Shown: piece by piece, positions 47,589 to 57,057 of the stretch
How the letters are laid out: every line of letters starts with the position of its first letter
Position numbering within the stretch: position 1 is the first letter of the stretch
Position numbers and translations under genes: made by a program
Notes under the pieces: model-generated
Seen by the model: the letters and a program-made list of their open reading frames with translations, nothing else
Told to the model about the DNA's origin: nothing
Database searches by the model: none
Assembly: GCA_035542375.1 (NCBI GenBank)
Contig: DATKLO010000101.1
Coordinates: 1,209 to 65,208 of the forward strand
DNA: 64,000 nt
Direction: 5' to 3'
Source: Steroidobacteraceae bacterium
Lineage (GTDB): Bacteria; Pseudomonadota; Gammaproteobacteria; Steroidobacterales; Steroidobacteraceae

Positions 47589-49640
47589 ATGGCTGCACAC
47601 GAGGTCTCTGGGATCTTTAATGTGAGCTCTCCAGCGGAGCCATTGGGTACCCTTGAGGTGGCGCTCGCTCACGCAACGCGGATGCTGCGTGGCGATCCGA
47701 AGCTGGCTGCGCAACAGGCGCGCGAAATCCTCAGGGTCGCACCCAGCCACCCGGAGGCGCTGCTGTTACTGGGTGTGGCCTCGCGTATCGCAGGAGACAT
47801 CGACACCGCGCTGGCGACGCTGGAACGGCTTGTCAGGTCCCAGCCCAACTGGGCCATGGCGCACTACGAATGGGGCGTCACCCTCGGCGATGTGGGTCGG
47901 GTGGACGCCGCGGTGCTCGAACTGCAACGTGCGGTGGCACTGAAACCCGACCTGCCCGATGCGTGGCGCGACCTCGCCAGCCAGCTGACGGTACTGGGGG
48001 ACCGGGAAGGCGCGGACCGGGCCTATGCCCGGCACATCCGCCTCTCCAACCGCTCGCCGCATCTGATGGCCGCCGCCGCGGCGCTCAGCGAGAACCAGCT
48101 GCCGCGGGCCGAGCATCTGCTGCGCGAACACCTCAAGAGGGATCCGAATGATGCGGCCGCCATCCGCATGTTCGCTGAAGTGGCCGGCCGGCTGCGCCGC
48201 TATCACGATGCGGAGAACCTGCTGGTTCGCTGCCTGGAGCTGGCGCCAGAATTCAACGCCGCCCGTTACAACTATGCGATGGCGCTGTATCGCCTGAACA
48301 AGCCCGTGGCCGCGCTGCGCCAGATCGACATCCTGATGACAAGCGAGCCGCGCAATTCCGGCTACCGCAATCTGCGCGCCGTGGTGCTGGCGAACATCGG
48401 CTCCTACCAGGAGTCGCTGGAGATCTACGCGGATGTGCTGGCCAAGCATCCGGACCAGGCGCGCATCTGGCTGAGCTACGGACATGCCCTGGCCACCGCC
48501 GGCCGGACCGAGGAAGGGATTGCGGCCTATCGCCGTTCCATCGCGCTGGTGCCCTCTCTGGGGGAGGCTTACTACAGCCTGGCGAACCTCAAGACGTTTC
48601 GTTTCGATGCGCACGACGTGGAGGCCATGCGCACGCAGCTGCAGGGCTCCGCGATCAACGACGAGGACCGCATCCATTTCCACTTCTCCCTGGCGAAGGC
48701 CCTGGAGGACTCGGGCAGCTACGCCGAGTCGTTCGAGCATTACTCCAGGGGTAACGAGCTGCGCGCCGCCCGGGTCGGTTACGACCCGGCGTCCACCTCA
48801 GACCTGGTCCAGCGCGCCAAGCGGGTGTTCACCCCGGAATTCTTCGCCAGCCGCACCAGTCACGGCTCCCCGCGACCCGATCCCATCTTCATCGTGGGCC
48901 TGCCGCGCGCCGGGTCCACCCTGCTGGAGCAGATCCTCGCGAGCCACTCCCAGGTCGAGGGCACGATGGAACTGCCCGACATCATGGCGATGGCCTCAAG
49001 GCTCGGGGGCCAGGCCGAACGGCAGCAGGACTCGGCGTACCCGGAGGTGCTGGCCGGCCTGAGCGCGCAGGAATGCCGCGCCCTGGGCGAACAGTACCTC
49101 GAGCAGACCCGCATCCAGCGCAAGACGGACAAGCCGTTCTTCATCGACAAGATGCCCAACAATTTCCTGCACATCGGGCTCATCCGGCTGGTCCTGCCCC
49201 GTGCGCGGATCATCGATGCGCGACGCCACCCGATGGCCTGCTGCTTCTCGGGTTTCAAGCAGAACTTCGCACAGGGGCAGCGCTACACCTACCGGCTCGG
49301 GGACATCGGTCGCTATTACCGCGACTACGTCGAGCTGATGGCGCACTTCGACTCGGTGCTGCCCGGCGGCATCCACCGCGTCATCTACGAGCGGCTGATC
49401 GAGGATACGGAGGCGGAAGTGCGCCGGCTGCTCGAGTTCTGCGGGTTGCCGTTCGAGCCGGGCACGCTCAGTTTCTACAACAACGAGCGCGCGGTACGGA
49501 CCGTCAGCGCCCAGCAGGTGCGCAAACCGATTTTCCGTGACGGCATCGATCACTGGCGGCACTACGAAGAGTGGCTCGCGCCGCTGCGCGCAGCGCTGGG
49601 TCCGTTGGCCGATACCTATCCGGAGGTGCCCCGGTTCTGA
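47589..49640 (+). CDS. TPR-repeat protein fused to a sulfotransferase domain
   Basis: N-terminal half has TPR repeats. The C-terminal half has the PAPS 5'-phosphosulfate loop IFIVGLPRAGSTLLEQIL and RHP...SGFKQ. ATG at 47589 preferred over TTG at 47577. Confidence 0.8.
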   Translation: MAAHEVSGIFNVSSPAEPLGTLEVALAHATRMLRGDPKLAAQQAREILRVAPSHPEALLLLGVASRIAGDIDTALATLERLVRSQPNWAMAHYEWGVTLGDVGRVDAAVLELQRAVALKPDLPDAWRDLASQLTVLGDREGADRAYARHIRLSNRSPHLMAAAAALSENQLPRAEHLLREHLKRDPNDAAAIRMFAEVAGRLRRYHDAENLLVRCLELAPEFNAARYNYAMALYRLNKPVAALRQIDILMTSEPRNSGYRNLRAVVLANIGSYQESLEIYADVLAKHPDQARIWLSYGHALATAGRTEEGIAAYRRSIALVPSLGEAYYSLANLKTFRFDAHDVEAMRTQLQGSAINDEDRIHFHFSLAKALEDSGSYAESFEHYSRGNELRAARVGYDPASTSDLVQRAKRVFTPEFFASRTSHGSPRPDPIFIVGLPRAGSTLLEQILASHSQVEGTMELPDIMAMASRLGGQAERQQDSAYPEVLAGLSAQECRALGEQYLEQTRIQRKTDKPFFIDKMPNNFLHIGLIRLVLPRARIIDARRHPMACCFSGFKQNFAQGQRYTYRLGDIGRYYRDYVELMAHFDSVLPGGIHRVIYERLIEDTEAEVRRLLEFCGLPFEPGTLSFYNNERAVRTVSAQQVRKPIFRDGIDHWRHYEEWLAPLRAALGPLADTYPEVPRF

Positions 49641-49713
49641 TTCGATCGTAGATGTGGCATACGTGGGCCGACGAGGGGGCCGGCACACACAAACAACTTG
49701 AAGGGGTGGGTCC

Positions 49714-52221
49714 ATGACTCGTAGTCGAAAGAGAAAACTGGCGCGACTGCGCGGCAAGCTGCTCGGCATGCCGCTGGCATCGGCTGTACTGATGGGGAGC
49801 GGGATCGCGGCCGCCGCGGACGCTCCGGCGGAGGCGCCGGAGGAAGGCGCGCTCCAGGAAGTGGTGGTGACCGCACAGAAGCGCGCGGAAGACCTGCAGA
49901 AGGTCCCGATCAGCCTGCAGGTGCTCAACACCGAGAAGCTCGACCAGATGCAGGTGCATGACCTGGACGATTACACCAAGCTGCTGCCGAGCGTGACATA
50001 TCGGTCCAACGGACCGGGCCAGGCGGAACTGTTCTTCAGAGGCATATCCACCAGCTCCAGCGCAACGCCGCTGCACGCAGGCTTCCTCCCATCGAGCGGC
50101 CTGTATCTGGATGAGATACCCGTAACGACAGTCGCCGGCGCGCTCGATATCCACATCTACGACATCGCACGCGTCGAGGCCCTCGCAGGTCCACAGGGCA
50201 CCCTGTACGGCGCCAGCTCCCTGTCAGGCACGTTGCGCATCATCACGAACAAGCCCGACCCGTCAGCCTTCTCCGCCGGCTACGACTTCAAAGCCGACAA
50301 GTGGCTGCATGGTGACCCTGGCGGCAGCGTCGAAGGCTACGTGAACATTCCGCTGTCGGAGAATGCGGCGGTCCGCCTGGTCGGGTACTACGACCATGAG
50401 GGCGGTTACATCAACAATGTGTTCCGGCAGGATACGTTCCAGCGCTACTCGCCCTCCGGCACGCCCGTTGCGGGCGGACCCAACGGCGGACCGGACGGCT
50501 TCCCGAATTACGATCCCATCACGATCAACAACGCGGATGTCGTCAAGAAGCACTGGAACGATGTCAGCAGCTATGGCGGCCGCGCTGCCCTCAAGGTGGA
50601 TCTGAACGACTCCTGGACCATCACGCCGCAGCTGCTGGCCCAGAACCAGAAGACCCACGGCGACTTCGCCTTCGATCCGCATTTCGGCGACCTGAATGTC
50701 GGCGATTACTTCGAGGGTTACAACAAGGACACCTGGTACCAGTCCGAGCTGACCATAGAGGGCAAGATCAGCAACTGGGACATGGTCTACTCGGGCGGCT
50801 ACTTCACCCGTACGGTCGACAACCTGGTCGACTACTCGCAGTACTCGGTGGCGTACGACGCGCAGGCGATCGCGAACTCATACGCCTATACCCGCTTCAT
50901 CGACGCCAACGGCCAGTTGCTCGATCGTCCCGTCCAGTACACGAAGAACCGGGACAAGTACACCAAGATGAGCCATGAGTTGCGGATCTCCTCGCCGCAG
51001 GACTACCGCCTCAGGGCGACGGCCGGACTGTTCTACCAGCGCCAGACCGACAACATCCGTGCCGAGTTCGACGCGCCGAACCTGCCGGTTTACTACGAAG
51101 TGGCCGGACAGCAGGATGTGTACTACCTGTCGCAGATGGTGCGCGTCGATCGCGACTACGCCGTGTTCGGCGAGGCGAGCTTCGACATCACCAACCAGTT
51201 GAAGCTCAATGCCGGCATCCGCGAGTTCTGGGTCAACAACACGCTGGTAGGGTTTTTCGGGTTCAACGACAACGGCTATTCGACCCACAGCGGCGAGGCC
51301 CTGTGCTTCGCGGAAGGCAACCCGCTCCTGACCACGCCGGGTGTGTACACGGGCGGCCTCCTGCCCTGCGTCAATATCGACAGCAAGGTGGTCGAGAATG
51401 GCGAGACGCATCGGGTCAATCTTCAATATCAGGTCAATCCGGACCTGATGGTCTACGGAACCTACTCGACCGGCTTCCGGCCGGGTGGCAACAACCGCCT
51501 GCCGACCGCGGGGTCCTATCGCTCGGACACGCTCTCCAACTTCGAACTCGGCTGGAAGACCAGCTGGATGGATCGCCGGCTGCGCTGGAATGGCGCGCTG
51601 TTCTACGAAAAATGGAAGAACGTGCAGACCGCGGTCCAGGGACAATACGGCATCACGTCCATCGTGAATGCGGGCGACGCCAAGGTCGAGGGCATGGAGT
51701 CGGAGCTGGAGTGGGCCGCCACCGAGCACCTGACGGTATCGGCATCGGGCACGGGTCTGCTGAAACTCGAGACCACGACCGTTTTCTGCCGTCCCTCCAT
51801 TCTCGGAGTACCGCAGTCAACCTGTACGCCTGACTTCGTCGATGCACCGCCGGGTACCCAGCTGCCCGTGACTCCCAAGGTCAAGCTGAACGGAACCGCC
51901 CGGTACGCCTTCAACACGGGTCAGTACAAGACCTTCGCCCAGGTGTCGGCGTCCCACCAGAGTTCGACCACGTTCAGCCTGGAGTCAACCAGCATCTACG
52001 CTGGAAATACCCCGTCGTTCACGACAGTGGACTTCTCGGCTGGCACGGGCCTGAACAACTGGCACATCGAGGCTTACATCCAGAACGCGTTCGACAAGCG
52101 CGGTGAGCTGGGCAAGAACTCGGAGTGCAACGACCTCGTCGCGCACTACTGCCTGCTCAATGCGCACGTGTATCCGATCGCGCCGATGCAGTACGGCATC
52201 AAGTTCGGACAGAAGTTCTAG
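49714..52221 (+). CDS. TonB-dependent receptor
   Basis: Signal peptide, plug motif LQEVVVTAQKRAEDLQKVPISL, long beta-barrel, C-terminal ...YGIKFGQKF. Confidence 0.9.
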   Translation: MTRSRKRKLARLRGKLLGMPLASAVLMGSGIAAAADAPAEAPEEGALQEVVVTAQKRAEDLQKVPISLQVLNTEKLDQMQVHDLDDYTKLLPSVTYRSNGPGQAELFFRGISTSSSATPLHAGFLPSSGLYLDEIPVTTVAGALDIHIYDIARVEALAGPQGTLYGASSLSGTLRIITNKPDPSAFSAGYDFKADKWLHGDPGGSVEGYVNIPLSENAAVRLVGYYDHEGGYINNVFRQDTFQRYSPSGTPVAGGPNGGPDGFPNYDPITINNADVVKKHWNDVSSYGGRAALKVDLNDSWTITPQLLAQNQKTHGDFAFDPHFGDLNVGDYFEGYNKDTWYQSELTIEGKISNWDMVYSGGYFTRTVDNLVDYSQYSVAYDAQAIANSYAYTRFIDANGQLLDRPVQYTKNRDKYTKMSHELRISSPQDYRLRATAGLFYQRQTDNIRAEFDAPNLPVYYEVAGQQDVYYLSQMVRVDRDYAVFGEASFDITNQLKLNAGIREFWVNNTLVGFFGFNDNGYSTHSGEALCFAEGNPLLTTPGVYTGGLLPCVNIDSKVVENGETHRVNLQYQVNPDLMVYGTYSTGFRPGGNNRLPTAGSYRSDTLSNFELGWKTSWMDRRLRWNGALFYEKWKNVQTAVQGQYGITSIVNAGDAKVEGMESELEWAATEHLTVSASGTGLLKLETTTVFCRPSILGVPQSTCTPDFVDAPPGTQLPVTPKVKLNGTARYAFNTGQYKTFAQVSASHQSSTTFSLESTSIYAGNTPSFTTVDFSAGTGLNNWHIEAYIQNAFDKRGELGKNSECNDLVAHYCLLNAHVYPIAPMQYGIKFGQKF

Positions 52222-52238
52222 TCGGATCGGACCCACGA

Positions 52239-52268
52239 AGCCGGCGCCCGCGAGGGCGTCGGCTTTTT
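52239..52268 (+). terminator. Rho-independent terminator (possibly bidirectional)
   Basis: 11-bp GC-rich stem AGCCGGCGCCC/GGGCGTCGGCT (one G.U pair) with a GCGA tetraloop followed by TTTTT. It lies between the convergent TBDR and MFS genes. Confidence 0.65.
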
Positions 52269-53545
52269 CATTGTCGCTGCCGCCCGCAATCGACACTGAG
52301 CCACGCGACGGCGGCGATCAGCGCCAGCAGGGCACCGGTCTCGAATGCCGTATCCCAGTGGCCGCTGGCCGACATCGCGGCGACCAGCGGCTGACAGATC
52401 AGACCGCCCATGTTGCCACCCGTGTTGAGAACACCGGTGGCCGCACCGGAATCGGTACCCGCCGCGCGCATGGTGGCGGCCCAGTAGGGACCTTCATTGA
52501 TCTCAACCGCGGCAAAGGCAAGGGCCAGACCCAGCACCGCGCCATAGGGGTCATCGACGCGGATCGTGAATAGCAACAGTGCGCCAGCCAGAGGCAGGAA
52601 AAGCAGCGGCACGACCCGATAGCCGCGGCGCGGCCCCCAGCGCAGAACGCAACGGTCACAGATGAATCCACCGGCGGCCGCGCCCACGGCGGCTCCGATC
52701 CAGGGGATCATGCCGGCGACACCACTTTCGATGCCGGCGAAGTGGCGCACCTGGACCAGATACAGGAAGGACCAGTAGGTCAGAAGGTAGAACGCGTAGT
52801 TCATGCACAGATAGGAGAAGGTCAGCACCAGCACATCCCGGTTCCCCGCAATCTGGCCCAGGCGTCGCCAGGTCAACGGGGGTGCTGTCTCCGCACGGGA
52901 ATCGAGCTCCGCAAGTTCCTCAGCGGTCACCCGTGGGTGCTGGCGCGGCAGGTTCCGTCCATACAGACCCCAGCCGACCGTGACGAAAGCCATTGGAAGC
53001 GTGGCGAGCACGAGGGCCGTTCGCCATCCAAACGACTCCGTGAGCGCCACGACCACGAGCGGAGTCACGGCTCCGCCGATCACCATCCCGCTGCTCTGCA
53101 AGCCGTTGGCGACCGCCCACTGTCGTGTCGGGAACCACGCCTCGACCACTGAGGCGAACACGGGAAATATCGGTGCGAGCGCCACTCCGAGCACCAGTTG
53201 GGCAGCCAGGAGGGACACGAAAAGTGCCGTGCCCGTGAGTGTCATCGACAGAAATGGCAATGCCACCGTCGCCGCGAGGCTCACAATCCCGATGAACACG
53301 TAAGTTCGGCGGGCACCGAATATCTGGCCGAGAGCGCCACCGGGTATCTGCATGGCGGCATAGGTCACGAAGAATGCCGTGTTGAGCAGCCCCAGTTGCA
53401 CCTGACCGAGATGCAGGACGGGCATGAAGGTGTCCGCCGCAACCGCTACGCACGTGCGCTGTACGAAGGACATCAGCGCAAAGGCAAACATGAATATGAG
53501 GATCCACCAGCGGACTCGGATGTGCCGGAGGTTCGTTGCCGTCAT
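52268..53545 (-). CDS. MFS transporter (anion:cation symporter-like)
   Basis: 425 aa, 12 TM helices, N-terminal RVRWWILIFMFAFALMSFVQR typical of the ACS subfamily. Confidence 0.85.
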   Translation of the reverse strand: MTATNLRHIRVRWWILIFMFAFALMSFVQRTCVAVAADTFMPVLHLGQVQLGLLNTAFFVTYAAMQIPGGALGQIFGARRTYVFIGIVSLAATVALPFLSMTLTGTALFVSLLAAQLVLGVALAPIFPVFASVVEAWFPTRQWAVANGLQSSGMVIGGAVTPLVVVALTESFGWRTALVLATLPMAFVTVGWGLYGRNLPRQHPRVTAEELAELDSRAETAPPLTWRRLGQIAGNRDVLVLTFSYLCMNYAFYLLTYWSFLYLVQVRHFAGIESGVAGMIPWIGAAVGAAAGGFICDRCVLRWGPRRGYRVVPLLFLPLAGALLLFTIRVDDPYGAVLGLALAFAAVEINEGPYWAATMRAAGTDSGAATGVLNTGGNMGGLICQPLVAAMSASGHWDTAFETGALLALIAAVAWLSVDCGRQRQ

Positions 53546-54492
53546 GCCGCGCTCGCCACCCCTCTGAGCCAGGCGAGCAGCGGCTCGCGCACGATGTCCA
53601 TTTCCGAGTAGTGCCAGCGATCCTCGGTATAGCCCTCGAGCAGGTCCAGCATCGCCTTTGCGGCTGCGGGGTCTGTCCCGATTGAAGCGAGCGGATCGCT
53701 GTAGGTATGCAGGCTGAAGGCCACCGCCCGGGAATCGGACAGCCGGCTCAGGGTCTGCCGCTCCACGCGAATGAACAGAAGTTCCCCCATCCTCCCGGGC
53801 TCGCGCGCCAGGGCATCGCGGATCGCGTGCATGGCGTTCGCATTGGCCTGATGCGGGTCGTCATGGGGGAAAAACAGAGTCGCCATGGGTGTCACTTGCC
53901 AGTTGAAGCGCTCGCAGGGGGTGTCCTCGTGAACGCTCGAGAGCACCCGATCGATCCTGCCACCCAGCTTGTCGGTCAGCGTGGGCACTGGAATATGCGC
54001 CCAGTGCACCGTCTGGCCGACGGCGGAGACCAGGCGCCCCGAACTCGAATAAGCGTTGGACGTGGCGACGATGCGCATCGCCCCGTGCCTTTCCTGCAGC
54101 AACATGAAGTCTTCTTCGATGATGTCGCTGAGCTGGCGCAGCGGCTCGACCGCCGGGTCATCGAGCCGCCAGGTCAGGGATTCATGGTGTGACCTCAGCA
54201 AAGCCCCGCTCAGCGAATAGCGCTCCCCGTGGTCTGTCGCCAGGTGAGCCACCACGCGATCCCTGAGCTCGCGTTGTGCTTCGAGGGATTCGGGAAGCGC
54301 GCGGTAATAGCTGGCAGTGTGGTCGTGCAATCGCTTGCGCTTTTCGCGCATGTTGTCGGCGTGGCGGGGACTGAACTGGATCCATTCGCTCAGGCGGGTT
54401 GAGCGCAAGCCCAGTGTGAAATCCGCGCTCGCCCAGCGAAAGGGTTGGTAGGCGGGTACGGCGGCGGCCAGTTGGCCGGTTCCAGGGGGCAT
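53542..54492 (-). CDS. DUF3445 family protein (haem-dependent oxidative N-demethylase alpha-subunit-like)
   Basis: YQPFRW...FTLGL, EEDFMLLQ, FIRVERQTLSRL are patterns I associate with DUF3445. ATGA overlap with the MFS gene. Confidence 0.7.
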   Translation of the reverse strand: MPPGTGQLAAAVPAYQPFRWASADFTLGLRSTRLSEWIQFSPRHADNMREKRKRLHDHTASYYRALPESLEAQRELRDRVVAHLATDHGERYSLSGALLRSHHESLTWRLDDPAVEPLRQLSDIIEEDFMLLQERHGAMRIVATSNAYSSSGRLVSAVGQTVHWAHIPVPTLTDKLGGRIDRVLSSVHEDTPCERFNWQVTPMATLFFPHDDPHQANANAMHAIRDALAREPGRMGELLFIRVERQTLSRLSDSRAVAFSLHTYSDPLASIGTDPAAAKAMLDLLEGYTEDRWHYSEMDIVREPLLAWLRGVASAA

Positions 54493-54598
54493 ATGAGGCC
54501 GATTGTAGGGCGGATCACGGCCGGGCGGGGCGCGACCGTGGGGGTGCTAGGGGAGCCGGCGGCTGGGGTCGGGGTTGGGTTTGCGGTTGGAGTTGAGG

Positions 54599-55135
54599 TC
54601 ACTCCCCCGTGGCGGCCAGCTCCAGGAGGGATCCCATCCGTCCCAGGTGCAGCACGAGCGGGTGCAGTCCCGAGCGCTCATGCTGCTCGACATGTCCCAG
54701 CAGGATGGTGTGATCCCCTTCCTGGTGGCGCGAGTAGGTGCTGCATTCGAACGTCGCGGCACTGCCCCGGAGGCGGGGACATCCGCCCAGGCCGGCATCG
54801 AACTCCCTATCCCACCCGTTGAACTTGTCGGGCGCAGGGCGCGAGAAATGCACGGCAAGCTCGCGCTGCCCGGCCGCCAGCACGCTGATCGCGAAATACT
54901 TCGCGGATACGAAAGCATCGGCACTGCGCGCGTCGTCGCGGATACTCCACAGAACGAGTGGCGGATCGAGAGACACGGAGGCGAACGAGTTGATGGTCAT
55001 CCCCTCGCGCTTGCCGGAAGGCGTGACGGTAGTCACGAGACAGATTCCGGTGGGGAAGGTTCCGAGCGACTGGCGAAAGGCGCGCGCATCCGTCGTGGTC
55101 GGTGTATCGCCAGTCAGAAGCGTCCATGAATACAC
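54599..55135 (-). CDS. Flavin reductase (HpaC/RutF-like)
   Basis: FRQSLGTFPTGICLVTT...GMTINSFASVSLDPPLVLWSI is the canonical flavin-reductase domain. Confidence 0.85.
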   Translation of the reverse strand: MYSWTLLTGDTPTTTDARAFRQSLGTFPTGICLVTTVTPSGKREGMTINSFASVSLDPPLVLWSIRDDARSADAFVSAKYFAISVLAAGQRELAVHFSRPAPDKFNGWDREFDAGLGGCPRLRGSAATFECSTYSRHQEGDHTILLGHVEQHERSGLHPLVLHLGRMGSLLELAATGE

Positions 55136-55150
55136 GGAGTGTACTTCCGC

Positions 55151-56455
55151 TCAGTATTGACCTTTGGGCGTTATCCCCAGCAGATGCTGTCCCACCATGG
55201 ACGACACCGCGTCCCAGTTGAGAGTGATGTGACGCACGATCGCATTTGAATCACGCCACATGCGCTGGATGGGTTGGCTGAGCGCGAGTCCGCTGCCACC
55301 GACCGCCGAGAATACGGATTCGACGGCGTCCCGTGCGAGTCGTGCGGCAAACGCGTGATCGCGCCGGTTACGAATCCGTTGATCGACGCTCAAGGTCTGC
55401 CCACGCATCACGATGTGCTCAACCTCAGCGGTATCCCGTGTAATCAACATCCGCGCCGTGTCAGCCAACGCTGACGCTTCTGCAACTCGGGACTGTACCG
55501 GATAGAACTCGCTGAGCCGATTTCCGCCGCCGCCCACGGCTCCGCGCGTGACTCGTACGCCGCAGAGATTGACGAACTCCTCGACAGCACCCAGCGCGGC
55601 GCCGAGCAGCGGTGAAACCAGGCAGACCGGCAATGCCGAGAGCATCGGGATGCGAAACAGCGGATGCGTGTTGACTGCCGCTCCGGGCGACGATCCGGAT
55701 GCCACCGCCGCGACCATGAGTCGTCGGTGTGCCGGAACGAACACCGGCTCGTCGATCAGTACCGTCTTGGAGCCGGTACCCGCCTGCCCCGCCACGTGCC
55801 AGTTGTCTTCGATCCGCCATTGCGATCGCGGTACCAGCACGAAGCCCGGCTGCGGTGGCGCACCGCTCACGGATGCGGGGAACTGGGCGCCGAGAATCAC
55901 CCACTCCGAGTTGTCGACGTTGGAAACAAACTGCCAGCGACCCTCGACGAGGAAACCATCGTCCACCACCTGGGCACGTCCGGTGGGCGTGTAGGAGACG
56001 CAGGCGAAGGCATCCGGGTCTTGCTTCCAGACATCATCCTGCGCAGCTTCCGGGAAGCCCGCGATGAGCCATTGATGAATCGCGCCGATGGCGCAGTTCC
56101 AGGCCGAGGATGTGCAGCCTCGGCCCAGCTCGGAAATCACGTCGATGAAGGCCGTGAAACCGTACTCATAGCCGCCATAACGTGCCGGCTGCATGAGCTT
56201 GAAGAATCCCGCTTCGCGGAAGGACTGGATCGTCTCGGGCGAAACCCGTCGCGCCGCCTCCACACCCGCCGCGCCGGCCGACAGCATCGGCACCAGTTCG
56301 CGCGCCCGGGCAACGATGCTGGACAGCGGCGGTGCGCCCGGCACGGGCGAATTGCGGCCCGGAGCAGACATGTCCACGGGACTGACGTTGAGGAACAGCT
56401 GGGCGGCATTTGCTCCATCCTTCGCGTCTTCAACGGTCAGATTCGCCTGCAGCAT
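55151..56455 (-). CDS. Acyl-CoA dehydrogenase-fold flavin-dependent monooxygenase (oxygenase component of a two-component system)
   Basis: ACAD-like three-domain layout (FFKLMQPARYGGYE..., GRWQFVSN...). A flavin reductase gene lies 15 nt downstream. Confidence 0.75.
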   Translation of the reverse strand: MLQANLTVEDAKDGANAAQLFLNVSPVDMSAPGRNSPVPGAPPLSSIVARARELVPMLSAGAAGVEAARRVSPETIQSFREAGFFKLMQPARYGGYEYGFTAFIDVISELGRGCTSSAWNCAIGAIHQWLIAGFPEAAQDDVWKQDPDAFACVSYTPTGRAQVVDDGFLVEGRWQFVSNVDNSEWVILGAQFPASVSGAPPQPGFVLVPRSQWRIEDNWHVAGQAGTGSKTVLIDEPVFVPAHRRLMVAAVASGSSPGAAVNTHPLFRIPMLSALPVCLVSPLLGAALGAVEEFVNLCGVRVTRGAVGGGGNRLSEFYPVQSRVAEASALADTARMLITRDTAEVEHIVMRGQTLSVDQRIRNRRDHAFAARLARDAVESVFSAVGGSGLALSQPIQRMWRDSNAIVRHITLNWDAVSSMVGQHLLGITPKGQY

Positions 56456-56708
56456 GGGGCCCCCAACCTGTACTCAGCGCAGTATCGCCGCCGCTGCCGC
56501 CAGGGCAAATGAAGTTAGGGAATACCGCGCATGCTCCGGCTTCGGGCCCCAGCGCGTGCGTCGCGTCGTCAACGGGCCCGGGACTGGTCCGCCGTTACTG
56601 CCACACCTCGATCTTCAGGCCCGGGCACCTGGGCAAAGTGCTTGATATTGTGGGCAGCACGCGCGGGCAGCGGCGTGAGACCCGGCTTCCCCGTATATTC
56701 TATTTGTG

Positions 56709-56732
56709 GTATATGTCTTAAATGAAATATAC
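56709..56732. promoter_or_regulatory. Inverted repeat GTATAT-N12-ATATAC spanning the arsR-family start codon (candidate autoregulatory operator)
   Basis: Read directly. It lies in an AT-rich patch inside a GC-rich intergenic region, and the ATG at 56722 falls inside the spacer. Confidence 0.4.
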
Positions 56733-57057
56733 ATTTGCAGCCATCGCTGAACCCAACCGGCGCGCCATCCTGAACCTGCTCGCGTCCGCCGAGCGATCGG
56801 TGGGCGATCTCGAAGAACACTTGCGCCTGCCGCAACCCTCGGTCTCCAAGCACCTGCGGGTGCTGCGCGAGGCGGGGTTCGTGGCGGCGCGCGTCGACGC
56901 GCAGCGACGTCTCTACCGGCTCAGGCCCGAGCCGCTCATGGAACTTGACGCGTGGCTCGCCCCGTTCCGCCGGTTCTGGTCGGGCCATGTCGATGCGCTC
57001 GAGCGCCATCTCGATCGGCTGAACCCACTGCCCGTACGCAAGGGGAAGAAACGATGA
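56722..57057 (+). CDS. ArsR/SmtB family transcriptional regulator
   Basis: FAAIAEPNRRAILNLLASAERSVGDLEEHLRLPQPSVSKHLRVLREAGFV. Confidence 0.85.
   Translation: MKYTFAAIAEPNRRAILNLLASAERSVGDLEEHLRLPQPSVSKHLRVLREAGFVAARVDAQRRLYRLRPEPLMELDAWLAPFRRFWSGHVDALERHLDRLNPLPVRKGKKR

Noticed and set aside
54390-54602. 70-aa - strand ORF with a Thr/Pro-rich N-terminus in the flavin reductase / DUF3445 gap
   Set aside because: It is low-complexity and overlaps the well-supported DUF3445 start. It is the coding-frame echo of the C-rich (G-tract complement) spacer.
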